DNA of 49,217 nucleotides, counting the filler, from Streblomastix strix (Eukaryota), in assembly GCA_008636045.1 (NCBI GenBank). It is 3 parts of 3 records of this genome, joined end to end, with 100 filler letters (N's around TTAATTAATTAA, not from the genome) between each part and the next. Parts side by side here need not be neighbours in the genome. Positions count along the whole stretch, not along the records: positions 1 to 16,349 come from SNRW01000832.1; positions 16,450 to 32,785 come from SNRW01000833.1; 1 more part is not named here. One strand, 5' to 3'. Positions 13,378-26,190 of the stretch are shown here, in pieces; the first letter of the stretch is position 1; the number at the start of each line of letters is the position of its first letter. Under the pieces are notes generated by a model. It was not told the DNA's origin. It saw only the letters and a list, made by a program, of their open reading frames with translations, and did not search any database. A program made the translations under genes and the position numbers.

Positions 13378-15834
13378 ATGAATATTTAAGAACCCAGTGA
13401 AGAAGAGATAGACTCTCCACTTAATTTAGTCATTATTTATTCTCGTTCAATTAAACCAATTGAGTTAAGTGTAACAGCAAATTCCACAGTGAGAGATATA
13501 AAGAAATATATATTGGTTGATAAGAATGATGAAGATTATTTACTTTATTAGGGAAATAAGAAGCTGGAAGATAATGAATAAATAATATCATAAGGTACTA
13601 TCTTATTTTATTAATGTATTATTTATTATTATTTGCAATTATTATTGAATAGGAGTTTGTGATGGTGATTAATTAAAGCTTATTGAAATTTAGTTTAAAG
13701 AGAATCAAATCAAATAACTTGAACATGATTTCAATCAGTATTATGAAGATGATGATATATTTCACATGGATAGACCTGTTGAGCGCAATTTGCCAGATGG
13801 TGTTGAAGGTCTATTTGCTTATTCATTTCCCATTCAATTCATATTTTAATTACTCTACTAATATTTATATTTATATATTAATATATAGAATATATATTAT
13901 AGGGTGGAGCACTAGATCTTGAATTCAGTATTGGTGAGTATTCTCAACTCAATCTGCATCAGAAGATTGATCTGGCATATAAGAGGATGGTTGATGTTGG
14001 ATAAGATATGATTCCATTACCTCCTCCTACAGGTCCAGATATTATACATGATGAACAATATGAATAAATGAGATAGGAGGCATATTTCAACAAATGGATT
14101 AAGCAGAATGAACACTTATTTTCCAAATGTAAGGAATTTTATTATTATTTGATAGAAAATGAAGATGAGATAATGAGTACTGACATTACAAAAGATCATC
14201 AAGTCAATATTCTTTTTCCAATCCTAATTAAAAAGATAGAAAAAATAAATGAATTAAAATTATATCCTTCTGAATTTGAAAATAATTGTTAATCTGAAAT
14301 AGAATTACTTAATATTAAAGAAGAGAAAGAACTTGATGAAATAAATAATACTAAATTATATATAATATAAAATCAGATCAAAATGAGCGAAATTGAGATA
14401 AGTGATTATGGAGAAGAATTTGATGACGTTTTTAATAAACATGGAGAATTTCTTGGTCCAAATGAAGAAGAAATATCTGAAGATGAATTTGATCAAATTT
14501 GCGAAAAATTTGAAGCATAAGACAAAATAAAGTCACTTGTAAGTGCTTCATCCAGTCCACTTCGGTATACTAATGAATATCGAAAAGCATATTTGATGTT
14601 TTTGAGGACAAGTGCACTAAACCCAAGACGTTTCATAACACGTTTTATGGATTAGAATTACAAACCAATTAATCCATTCAGAAATCGTATTGAGAAATGG
14701 AGGATGTATGAATATTTATAGTTTAAATATATACAAATAAATAATTATTATTTCTTATTATTACTATTTAATTTTTATTATTATTATTTTTCTAAACCAT
14801 TCTTTTTATATCTTTTTATAATATATTATATAACATTAATTATTGTATTAGTTTATACATTCATAAAATCAAAGATAATTTGGACTTATTAAATACATAA
14901 TTGGTTTTTATGTACATTGTACTATGCAGTTCTGTATGCTAATATAATTTTATACAATAATTAATATGTGAGAAAAATGATTTAATTTATATTAATTTCA
15001 TATAGATATTTCATTATTTTAATTATATTAATTTCATATAGATATTTGATTATTTTATATTTCATTAACTTTTATATATCAATTACTTTAATATTTTCAT
15101 ATATATTTCAGATGCGTGAGGAAATAGTTGAATATGAATCAGATCCAATGAATGTTATCAAACGCAACATCAAAAATCAATTAAAAACTCAAGAAAATTT
15201 ATACAATAAGCCTTAGTCATTGTCATCTTCATAACCATTACCATTACCAACCATATTAATACCCAATTTGAATCCTCCTGCTCCACCAACATAATAACAA
15301 CAATAACAGCAATAATAATAGTAATAATCTCATATATATTAATAACGTCGTATATCTCCAGTATCAAATAACTATCAATCAAATTCACCATAGTTTGATT
15401 CTCCACTTTCTCAATATAATTCACCTCCTCCAGATTAATACCCTTCTTCTGTCTCATCAGATGACTATGAATATTATGATAACAGTATTAGTAATAACTA
15501 AGGTTCAATGTACGCATAAATAAATGGGAAACTTGTTCGTATGTAAGGGTACATTAGAACTAATTAAGGAAGGGTATTAATGACGCCTTAGTAGATGATG
15601 AGTATGTTTCAAGGAAGGAAAATGTTAGTTACATATAAGACAACTGGATAAAGTATGGGAGATGATAGTTATTATAGTGATGATGATTAATATGAAGATC
15701 AGGAAAGTGATTATAGAAGTGGGAGTAGCTATTAGAGTGCAACTATTGGTGAAGATGGAGATGATAAAGATAAGTAGAATAAGGAGAAGAAGAAAAATAC
15801 AGATAAGGATTCTAAGAAAGGTAAAACTGAATGA
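13378..15834 (+). CDS. Ubiquitin-like (beta-grasp) N-terminal domain protein with acidic and poly-Q regions; central exon structure uncertain (may be two genes, 13378-~14720 and 15112-15834)
   Basis: LSVTANSTVRDIKKYI..LLYQGNKKLEDNEQIISQ|GVCDGDQLKL resembles a UBL fold. Introns at ~13595-13652 and ~13809-13888 restore the frame. Open table-6 frames ~13889-14705 and 15112-15834 (TGA 15832-15834). Confidence 0.6.
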
Positions 15835-16146
15835 ATATTGTTGAGTTAATAACAGTAATTTTAATAACTTTAATTTAGTTGTTAAAGCAAATGTGTTAAT
15901 TATTTTATATATTCAATCAATTAATAAATCCCTTTGTTTGAATTATACTTTATATATTTATTGCATACAAATGAGTGGAATATGAACTGGGTAAGCGAGC
16001 AAAGGTGGAAATTTTAGCAATTTTCCTGCTTATTCGCCTGATCGTTATATTTTATCTATGCAGAAAGACACAAAGCTTGATATTCGGTACGAATAACTAT
16101 ATTATACATCAAAAGTAAATTAAAATATTTAATTTGTAGATGAAGG

Positions 16147-16349
16147 TCATTCTGAACAGGGAAAAGAAGTTTTTTCTTTTTAGGACACAGGTTGCGCACC
16201 GGTCTTTGAGGATGTAGCTGCACCAGACGAGCTTCTATGGTGCATTGCTAATGATATTGGAAACGGAGTTGTAGATGAAACTTGGGTCTGGGGCGCTGGG
16301 GCCGCGCAATCTAAGGAAGAAGCGCTGTAGCGCGTGTGTGGACAACTGT
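16147..16349 (-). CDS. Possible 3' end of an S/T/P-rich hypothetical protein cut by the contig end; strand uncertain
   Basis: GC-richer segment. Minus frame reads SCPHTRYSASSLDCAAPAPQTQVSSTTPFP...FPCSE* (TGA 16147-16149), but a plus-strand frame is also open. Confidence 0.3.
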
Positions 16350-16449
16350 NNNNNNNNNNNNNNNNNNNNNNNNNNNNNNNNNNNNNNNNNNNNTTAATTA
16401 ATTAANNNNNNNNNNNNNNNNNNNNNNNNNNNNNNNNNNNNNNNNNNNN
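16350..16449. other. Artificial contig linker (44 N + TTAATTAATTAA + 44 N)
   Basis: N-run with a 12-mer giving standard-code stops in all six frames; an identical copy lies at 32786-32885. Confidence 0.97.
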
Positions 16450-16451
16450 AT

Positions 16452-16664
16452 AAGTATACTGGAGACCACACATATAAGAATAAATACTGGGCTCAGGCAC
16501 TTGGAATAAGCATTGAAACTATAAATAGTTGGGAATCTGATATTTTGAAAACAGTCAACTTCGAAATTTTTGTAGACAGTGAAGTGTACTATGAAATTGA
16601 AGATATCTTTCGTAACAGATGTGATAATGAAGTTGCATTATCCATGGGATGCATTACCAACTGA
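16452..16664 (+). CDS. Cyclin (PHO80/cyclin-U-like), 3' fragment
   Basis: KYTGDHTYKNKYWAQALGISIETINSWESDILKTVNFEIFV matches the K..D..Y.N..WA...G....N..E..L....F.L.V pattern of PHO80-like cyclin boxes; TGA at 16662-16664. Confidence 0.75.
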   Translation, partial: KYTGDHTYKNKYWAQALGISIETINSWESDILKTVNFEIFVDSEVYYEIEDIFRNRCDNEVALSMGCITN

Positions 16665-16991
16665 TTCACTTCACTAGTCTTTTTAACTTTCAAAACTTTT
16701 TTTAAACAAAATCATAATTATTTGATCCTTATTGGAGTTTAATATCAAATTTAAATTTAAATAAATAAATGAGTTGAAAATATTATGAAGTGGTTGTATA
16801 AATACAAAATTACAGTAATCCTTTGTGTATGTGCCAAAAAACGTAGTGCTTATAAATTGATCCAATGAAATGAATACTCATTTTCAACATACCGCTATGC
16901 AAATTCAAGTACAAAATACCTTATACCAAATACCAAAGTACAACTCCACACTCACAATACTTCCTAATCATAATCACAACCCCCATACATC

Positions 16992-19900
16992 TCACACAGC
17001 CATCTCCGCTGGGTTCTAATCCTGTGTTCTTGTGATCTTCCCACCCATTCTCGTCTTCTTGTCAATCGCTCCCTTCTTTCGATACAAATTACTCTGCTCT
17101 TCATTTTTAGGGAAAGGGATCTCAAAATGCAGCTGGTTTGGGAGGTCGTGGTCGGAGCTGTGCGGTCGGGTGGGTTTGCCGGCTTGTGTTGGTTAATACA
17201 ATGAGTATAATATTGATAGAGAGACATTTATATGAATGAGGTATATAAGATATATAGTTAAATAGAGTAATAATTTGTACAAAAATTTATACACATATAT
17301 AAAAAAAATTCTTTTCAATAATTATTATTCTGATTAACAATATTAACTAATAAAAACCAACATGCATATCAATTTCCACACACCAGGAATATCAAGCACT
17401 CTCGCTCCTAAAGCTCTTGTTCTATCGCTATTCACATCTACTATACTACAACTGCTAATAGAAGCACTTCCATTTGATGGAAAAGCAACTACAGCCATCG
17501 GTGGGAAGTTTGAATTGCTCTGCTGCATCAATTGTTGTGATCTGTATGCAGCTGCTGATGCTGAACTCGCTGTGAATGGACGAATGCTACTCAGAATTGA
17601 ATCGATATTGTTGTTATTATTATTTCCTATGCTATTATTATTATTTCTTTTCCTCCCCCAATTGGCTGATTTCCCAATCGTATTCTGATAGACTGACTTG
17701 TATATCTTGCGTGGATCATCAATGTCAATACTATTACTGCTACTATTATCATTATCATCATCTATATCACCAGAACTATTATAATCAGATAATCCACTAT
17801 TTGAATATTAATCTTCTCCATCACTCAAAGTATTTCTTCTAAAACTACTTCTATTTTAATTTCTATTTCCAACTTTGCTTCTTTGATTATCACTTCTGCT
17901 GCTAAAACTGCCTTATTATTACAAATTACTCAGTTAATCGTCATGAAATCTTCTCCTATGACCATTTTCATTCTAATTTCGTCTACGTCCAGTTGTTAAA
18001 GCACTTCCTCTTCTACTATTATTACTATTATCAACATCATATGCAACAAGCGGTTTGTCGAAGTTTGGTTCACGAACGCGTTTAACAGCAGCTCGTGGTG
18101 GAAATTGCTCTCCAACTTTTCCAGTAACAGGTTCAGGATCATCAACAAATATGAATTCATCTTCTCCATTATTTATATCATCAGTTTGTTTATTATTATT
18201 ATTCTTCTTCAATCTATTAATATGCTCCTTATTCTTCTCTTTCTCATAATATTATCCTCTATTATCATACCTATCTCTTGATTTCTTCCAATTAGACTTC
18301 ATCCTCTTTCTCTCCCTTCTTCTTTATCTCGCTTCCTTTCTCAGCTGTTTATTTGATTTGATCTTCCTCCCATGTATATCATAGTTCCCATGAATAATAG
18401 TAGATCGGCCTCCTTATCTTTGTTTCTCATCTTCTACGATCTATATAAAAGTCTGCTCCTAGTACCATCCGGGTATGCATTTCCTGTGCACTGATTATAA
18501 GTTGTATTTGGAATGCGGGCTGTAATACCCATTGCCATCCATCTAATCTATTGATCCTGTTTATTATTATTATTATTTATTACTCCCAGCACTTTGAGGC
18601 CTATTTAAATTTTCATTCATCTCCTTAGTCTACTTCGCAGTATAAGTCGTTCTCTTATATTCAGGTGTCTCATGTATGATATTCCCTTACTAATCTCTCT
18701 TAGGAGGCTGGAAAGCTTTATTTACCTGCGAAGCACCAGGAATCCCCAAATTAACTAGACGATCAGCTACTTTAGCATCTATTACTGCAGCTGGGCGCCC
18801 TCTCCCTTATGTTAGTAGCTCAATTTCTTTCTTTCTCTTAGCATCTTGCAACATCTGTTTCCTTAGTTTCTTCATCTTGTTCCTTTCTGCGGTGCTTTCG
18901 AAGTCCTTCTGGAGCATTTCGTTGAAAATTTGGTTGCGCATTATGTCCTCGCTGTGGATTTTGCCATCGTTTTATTGAATTGAAGTTGTTGATACTCTTT
19001 GTTATTATTATTATTATATTTATTATTGTTGATATTAATTAAAAGCATTTTATTTATCTGGAGATTCAAGCACAGATATCGATCCTCTTCCTTCATAATG
19101 ATCACTATCAGACCTCCTTAATCCACTATTATAAATATTCCCATCCAAATTATCAATATTATCATTCACATTATAATTCTAATTCATTTTAAAGTCTTTA
19201 TAACCTTTCCAACTGACAATACTAGATCCAATCTCTTTTCCTTCATCAACAAGTACATACGGCATCCCAAATCTCGCTTCACGATTGTCTTTATCTATCT
19301 GAGACTGCGATTTGTGGAATTCTTTGAATTTGAGCTTGTTTTTGCTCTGCTGGATGAAATCTTGCGCTGAAGCTGATGATGAAGATTAAGATGATGATTA
19401 TGATGATGAATTTTACTGATTTTAATTGAGTTGTTACTAATTGGATTTGTCTAATGCTGTTAAGTACTTCAAACTTTGTTTGCCTTCGAGTGCAGATTTG
19501 GTAAGAAAGAAATATTACGAAGGTGGATGTTGATTGTTGATATATTATGAATTTTTGTGGTTTTAGTTGTGAATATATTGTATTTATGAAGTAACACCAT
19601 AATTTATATCATTATTATTATTGCCAATATTCTTCATATACTCTTTGTTTAATATGTCTCCTTAGTTCTTGATATAGTTCTCCAGATCAAAAAGAACAAG
19701 TAGATTCCCACATAATGGGCATGGCGTGTTAACATTCAAGAATTACTTGTTCTCTTTAAAATTAAGATTTCTACTAGTATTACTATTACTTTCATTATCA
19801 TTCTATACTATATATTACGAATTTGACTATATTTGATCATCATTATCATTACAGCTTTAATCATCAACATCTTTATCCTTATCAACAACATATCTGCAGC

Positions 19901-21211
19901 TTGGACAGCATACAAGCGAGTTCTGATAAAACCCACTTTGCATCGCATGTTCATGCTTTCTTTGTAACTAAGCAGGAATTTGGCCTTTTTAGGGCATTTC
20001 GTGGGATATGAGAGCAAGATCGTCCAGTGTCTGTAGTGTTTTCTCTTGTCCAGTCAGAATTAGGTGCTTCTTTTACAGCAGAGTTGGCTTCAGGAAGATG
20101 TATGGGTGTTATAGGCTATCTGGTGAAGTGGGTTTTATTCCTTATTATTAATTTGTTTGTTAGTTATTCACTGATTTGTATCCTTATTTACTCATTTTAT
20201 TCTGATTGACCATTTTCTTCCCACCTTTTGGGAAATAGCTCTGATATGCGATTTCATTCAGTTATTTCGACTTCAAATTTGATTATGAAGTCTGGCTTAT
20301 TATATCTCCAATTGTAGATTATTGGCATATAGGAACGTTTTGTGGGTTAAATGGTGAATTAACAGCAGCTGGAGATTATGATCCATCATTTTGAGTATGT
20401 TTCCTGAATCTGGTGTTGAATCTCTGTGGGAAATGGCTCATTTATGAATTAAAACGTGGATCAATTTCTGAATTTGTATCATTTGGAGCATGAACTATTA
20501 CCGATATATTCATTGGTGGGTTCTGTAATTTAGATTGTGTTAATATTGGGGATTGGTTATTTGAAGTATGATAATTATTATTCAGTTTATGTGAATTGGT
20601 ATTTATTTAACTATCGTCATATGATGATGAATTTGATTCGTGTTCGATGTGGTCAAGCATTGTATCAAGCTGTCTGTTGATAGTTGAAAGTTATTGCTTA
20701 AGTCGATTTGATATTGGTGGAATTGGTTGGCCAACTGCAAGTGAAGAAACTCCATTATAATTTGTATTCATGTTTGCATTTGTTTTTGATGTCTATTGTG
20801 ATTATTATTATTATTAAGTTGTTGTTTATTATAATTATTATTATTACGTTGTTATTTATGACTAAAATTGTTGATTTTGGATTTGCTGTTGATTTATTGT
20901 ATTAGATGGAGTTGGAGTTTGCTTATCAATCTATGTATAGTTCCTGGATATCTCAGCGTCTCTTTCATGGGGATGATTAACTGCTGAACTCACATAAATT
21001 CTGATTAAAATAAGGAATTGTTGAAAAAGATTAATAAATAACAAAAAAATTAGACCATATCAAAACATACTGTTAGTTCGCCTGAAATTTTTGAATTAAA
21101 ATTATAATAAAAATTACAAAAAATTAATTATATTTAAGAAATTAAATAGTTACATACTGGTGGAGCAATATAAGGCCGCAAAGGAGGATTATAGTTAAAA
21201 TCAGTAAGCAT
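16992..21211 (-). CDS. Large low-complexity (Q/N/S-rich, coiled-coil) hypothetical protein with a split CxxC...CxxCG motif; last exon tentative
   Basis: Start MLTDFNYNPPLRPYIAPP, 11-nt micro-exon (21071-21081), then a long table-6 reading frame ~21000-17385 (spot-checked, not traced codon by codon) including VCCPSC...PCPLCGNL. A putative terminal exon ~17181-16992 follows an AAG acceptor. Confidence 0.65.
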
Positions 21212-22133
21212 CTTGATTTCAGCCGAGTTAAAATCTTATCAAATAATAAAATATAATTCAAAATGGTGAATTTAATACTAAATGCAGATTTTAAAATTGA
21301 AAATTTAGATTTAATTAGACATTGTTGTATAATATAAGAAAAAAATTAGGAAAAAAAATAATTTTTTGTATTCTTCAAATTATAATAGTTAATATCTATA
21401 TAAAAATGTATAAAATATGATTAAAATGTAATTATAAGCATTATTTTTGAACAATTTATTATTAATATAACTTTTTCCTGGTTTAAAATCGTTTATAATA
21501 AAAGAATTTTTAAAAATTTAACTTAAGTATGTAAATAAGATAAAATGATAAGATTTTTGTATATTCCAGTTTAAATAATTACTATAATTAATAATTAATA
21601 GTATATCTTTAAATTTATTAATTGATTGGTTCATGAATTAGATATTTATTCAAAATTTTGTTTTCTTACTAACAAATAATTTATAATGTTTTAAAATAAT
21701 TTAATTTATATTATGAAAATTACATATTCTTAAAAATATATTAAATAATTTAATTTAGTCGACGTTTCTAATTTATAATTTGTTCTGATCAATAATTGAT
21801 TAATCAACTCCAAAAACAGAGTCGGCCTTCATTAATGAAGAAGAATCAATGTATTAATGAGAAACAAAGACAAATTAAATCAATTCTTGTATAAATTAAA
21901 ATTGAAGTAAATTAAATAAAGGAGAGAATCAATTATATTTTTTTTATTTGGTTAATAATTTTAATATTGATTAGTAAAATCTTGTTTATTCAACGATATT
22001 GTGCTAAAATGATGGTCAAAATTAAGACAGTTTGAATAATAAAGATTAGAAAATATACTGAATTGAAGTGAATCCAACTCTTTTCAATAAAAACAAATAA
22101 AATTATTTACTACAATATTTTTCATTAATTTAA

Positions 22134-23449
22134 TCATTTCCATTCTTTTCCCCATTCAAGTGCTTATGAACCTACAACACCTTTGGCTGTTGATTTAATT
22201 AGTCTCTCAAACTTTACCACAGTGAAGGAAGAAGACGAGTTCCATAAGAAAGCCTGAATGAAAGAAATAGTTTTTTGAATATTAATAATATCAATTATTT
22301 GTAATGAGAAATAAATATAATTAAATAAGTTCATAGAATATAGATTTGTATTAATTTAATTAATTTGCATTAGCAAACGAACCCAGAATCTAATTTTAGA
22401 CGGAATGCCACTCACATAGTTTGGCTGTTCGACATCGTCTACGAAAAATGTAAATCTGCGTGGAACAGTTGTCATATCAACTTCAATTCCTATTATTTAT
22501 CCATCTGTATATTCTTTATTTAATATGGTTTTTCCAATTTAGTCAATTCTCCCGCTGAAAATTGAATGTAATTAAAAAGAGAATATAATTTTGATAATTA
22601 ATAATATTTGATGTTGAAATTTTTAATATTATAAATATTATTAAATATATTATTCATACTCACTGTAGTATTTTACAGTCGTTTTTGTATCTATATAAGT
22701 CACAATTAATGAAGCATTGTATGAATAACAATAAAACGGAAAAGAAAGAATTTAATAATAAATATTATTTTTAATTAATGATAATTGTTGTTTTGGAAAA
22801 AAAATTATTTAAAATTATTTATTTATTAAACACTTCCGACATTCCAAGGTGGACTTTCAGATTCAAAAGAGTAAAATGCATATGCAACGCCAATGGCTGT
22901 AATGAAAATAAAAATATATAGTAGATAGAAATAAAGGAAAAAATATTATGATTGTAATTCATAATAATATTTAAATTTTTTAGTTCAAATTAAAATACTT
23001 TTCCATGCCCCAGTATTCTCAAAGATTGCTTCGAATCTAACAATTCCTTCATTTATAACTGGATCAAAGGCAATTGTGCAATAGTTATATATATTTGAAT
23101 GAATAAATTTCATTCCTTCTAACTTCCCCTAACTTGATTCCTTTATTATGAATACAGGTGTAATTTGAACTGATGATAAATGAATGATAATATAATATAA
23201 TAAATAAAAGTATGATTAGAAATAATAAATAATAGATAAGTAATATTTATTTATTTATTTATTCAAACTTAACGATTATATTATTTTCTTGAATCGTAGA
23301 TGCTCTAAAAGTTTATTAATCTTTCTACAAACAACAAGAAATTACTGGACATCTTATGGAAGAATCATTTCAGATATGATCTCAAGTAAGATGAATTCTC
23401 CCAAGCCTAATAGACTTCCAATAATATTGTAATCACGTGCACTGTTCAT
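22134..23449 (-). CDS. F-box-like N-terminus + SPRY/B30.2-like domain protein (multi-exon)
   Basis: SLLGLGEFILLEIISEMILPQDVQQFLVVCRK has F-box-like spacing. CTIAFDPVINEGIVRFEAIF, GQIIGIEVDMTTVPRRFTFFVDDVEQP and IPSKIRFW are SPRY-like. Ends ALEWGKEWK* (TGA 22134-22136). Confidence 0.72.
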
Positions 23450-24508
23450 TAAGAAAAATCTAATTTATAATAGTAATAATAATAATAATAATAATAATTT
23501 AAAATTTAAAATAAATAAGAAAAGTTAATAGTTTTGAAAAGATAATTGTAAAAATATGTTTGAATTTTAATTTCGAAGCATTTTCAACAGCGAAACAAAT
23601 TTAAAGAGTGAAATAATTCAGTAAAAAATATTAAATAATTTAAATAGTATAATTTTTAATTAAGAAATGCAAATTTAAATTAAGACGTACACGATATATT
23701 GGCAAATTAAAATAAAAATAATTTGTTTCAACGTCTTTTTAGATTAGATTAAGTGTTAATAAAATTCAAAATATAATTAATCTTTGTAAATAATGTAAAT
23801 TAGATCATATTTGTAAATAAATCGAAAATTGAATATGTATTTCGAGCGAAAATTGAAAAACAATTAATTGGGTTGGGATAGATCCAAGAGTTCAATTTTA
23901 TTATTATTCTACAAATTAATATTACAATCATGAAATTTGTTGCAATTTTTAATTAATAAATCAACAATACAATAATCAAACAATAAAATATTGACAAAAT
24001 AAATATTTCAGTCGAATTCTGCTTCATTTTTAAAACAGTGTAATGAGCAACTTAATTTGACTATAATAGTGAAATATTCATATAAATAAATATTTGGAAC
24101 ATGATCTATTAATTGATACATTGTTAATTAATGTATTGATTGAATATTCAAATTAATAAACTGTACAAAAAAATAAAATAATAATAAACATTTTGCATTA
24201 TCTAGCATAGCCTGGCAGTGTAGATATAATTATTCGTATTGTTGTCATAGTAGTAAATGAATATCAAATTCAATAAGGGATGCTGTCAATTGGAACTGGT
24301 GCAATGTAGAGACATCCATTTGGTGTTTGAGTGATGTAAATACCATTTCCTTGAGTAGGAATGATATTAATTCAATTGTTCTGAGAAGTGGTGTACAATC
24401 AACTGTTTTGATGTTGCTGTTATTGAAAATTCTACGTTCCGAGAAGTCCACAATTCTGCTGTTGTGGATGCATTGAATTCATCTATTGCTATCCCATTGG
24501 AATGAACT

Positions 24509-24650
24509 GAAATTATTTGTTGCTATCTCCATAGAAGACTCTTGCTTCACCTCTTTATTTTGAGATTGACAAGTGGGCCGCTGGGACTGGGTGCTCCGTT
24601 GAGCTGCACATCCCTATGGGTCGGCCATGTATAAAAATACAAAAAAGCGT
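24509..24650. repeat. DIRS element 3' inverted terminal repeat
   Basis: Reverse complement (atggccgacccatagggatgtgcagctcaacggagcacccagtcccagcggcccacttgtcaatctcaaaataaagaggtgaagcaagagtct) aligns with 31966-32060 with scattered mismatches. Confidence 0.9.
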
Positions 24651-24882
24651 TAAAAATTACTGCATGATGTGCCAATACTGATTTTCTGTGATTAAGAAGA
24701 TCCCAGGCGAGGTGATAAACAAAATAAGTCGGGTGATGTGAGTGTATAAAATTAAATGACAAACCTCCTCCCCTTAGTTTCATCTTGTAAGAGTGAGGAA
24801 AAGAGAAATTTTGTTCTAAATTGGGTATGATATTTATAAAAAACCTCACATTGACGCATTCTCATTCATTACTTCTCATTCA

Positions 24883-26190
24883 TCATTTCTGAGCCCAAGC
24901 AGTTGTCTCTCGATCAGAATACTTCGTTATACTTGAGTCTTGAGCTCCATCTTGTGGCCCAACGTCTTGATCATCCTTTGACATTTGCGAATTCTAGACT
25001 TTTTGCACTCTCGTGATCGTTCGGAGACTCAGCTTCAACGATGGGTTGGGTCGAAATGATCTGGAGGGAAGTGGTGAAGCAAGAGTCTTATTTGGAGATA
25101 ACTATAAATCATCTCCTAAAGGAAATTATTATAATACATCTCCATCGGAGACTCTTGTATCAATACTTTATTTTGAGATAATCTAAGTATCTTGCTTCAT
25201 GCCGTGATTCTTTACGAGTGCAGATGCTATAGAATCCTGCGCCCTGCTTACAGCGAAAATGTAGAACTCCTTATTCATCTTTGAATCTGGTGTATGGTGT
25301 GCAAAACATTTATTGTCCTCCCATCAAAACCCTGTGCTGCTAGTTCTGTAGAAGATGCATGTCTGATGGAGTTTGCAGTTGCATTTTATATTCCAAGAGT
25401 CTGAACAAGTCTTTCAAGATGTGTACTAATATATCTCTGATCGGCTTGCTTCTAATTCTCAGTCCAAATTAAGTGTATGAAGTTTGTTGGACTTTGTAAG
25501 AAGTGTTCTCTAAGTCTTATTATCCAAACGAAGAAGATCTCTGTTGGTCACACTCTAGGATCTTCTGTTCTTCTTACATCATATCTCTCTCTCTCTTCTT
25601 CGACTGTTTTGTGGAATGCAAACTGCTTCTGTGTGTTCTTCATCATCTATGATCGATACCGATAGATCCATGTTTGCCATCTCTTCTATTCTTTCAAAGC
25701 ATAACGACATTAATAATGATGCTAGTTTTGTTTGTAGCTCTTCATTTGAGAGGAGGTTACTTTCTTGTCTCTCTCTCCAATGCTCAAACAGTTGATTGAT
25801 GTCCCAGGTACTCCCATATCTCGGATTGTTAATCTAGTGATTAGAAATTGAGTGTGCGGTACCTCTCTGCGCGTTTGCGGAGACCTAAACTGTACCGAAT
25901 ATGATAGAAAATATTGTGATGAGTATTGATGCATGGTGTTTTGCTGATGATGGCTTTGTTTTTCTTGTCCTAGTTAACCTAGTCATGAATTCAGTATGTA
26001 TGAATAGTATCTTCTAGTTCATTATGTCCTAGGTTGTGTAATTCTTTTCTTTCATCCAATCATCATGCACTCCCATCACCTACATATATTTCTTTTGGAT
26101 GTTGTATTTCTATCCTTCTATTATCATTTGTTTGGTTTCTCTAGTCATGTTTATGGTAACTAAGAATTCTATTAGTAATTTTCTTCCTTA
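24883..26190 (-). pseudogene. DIRS tyrosine recombinase ORF (frameshifted)
   Basis: KLASLLMSLCFERIEEMANMDL (Arg box), EDPRVQ/CPT-like segment, ATANSIRHASSTELAAQG, HHTPDSKMNKEFY (His/Tyr box). One-base deletion near 25305. C-terminal tail ends TGA 24883-24885. Confidence 0.85.
25073..25179. repeat. DIRS internal complementary region (ICR)
   Basis: Its reverse complement equals the right terminus (atctcaaaataaag...aataat.tcctttag.agatgatt) joined to the left terminus (...tatctcca...agactcttgcttcacc), i.e. the circular-junction sequence. Confidence 0.88.

Noticed and set aside
16394..16405. TTAATTAATTAA palindrome inside N-runs (also 32830-32841)
   Set aside because: Artificial six-frame-stop linker; adjacency across it has no biological meaning.
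16960..17200. C-rich then G-rich segment as a structured ncRNA
   Set aside because: Only short complementary patches and no SRP, RNase P or snRNA motifs. It is equally explained as the terminal exon of the minus-strand gene.
9276..23449. U-box, UBL and F-box-like genes as a ubiquitin-system cluster
   Set aside because: They are interspersed with unrelated genes, and the F-box-like gene lies on a different contig.
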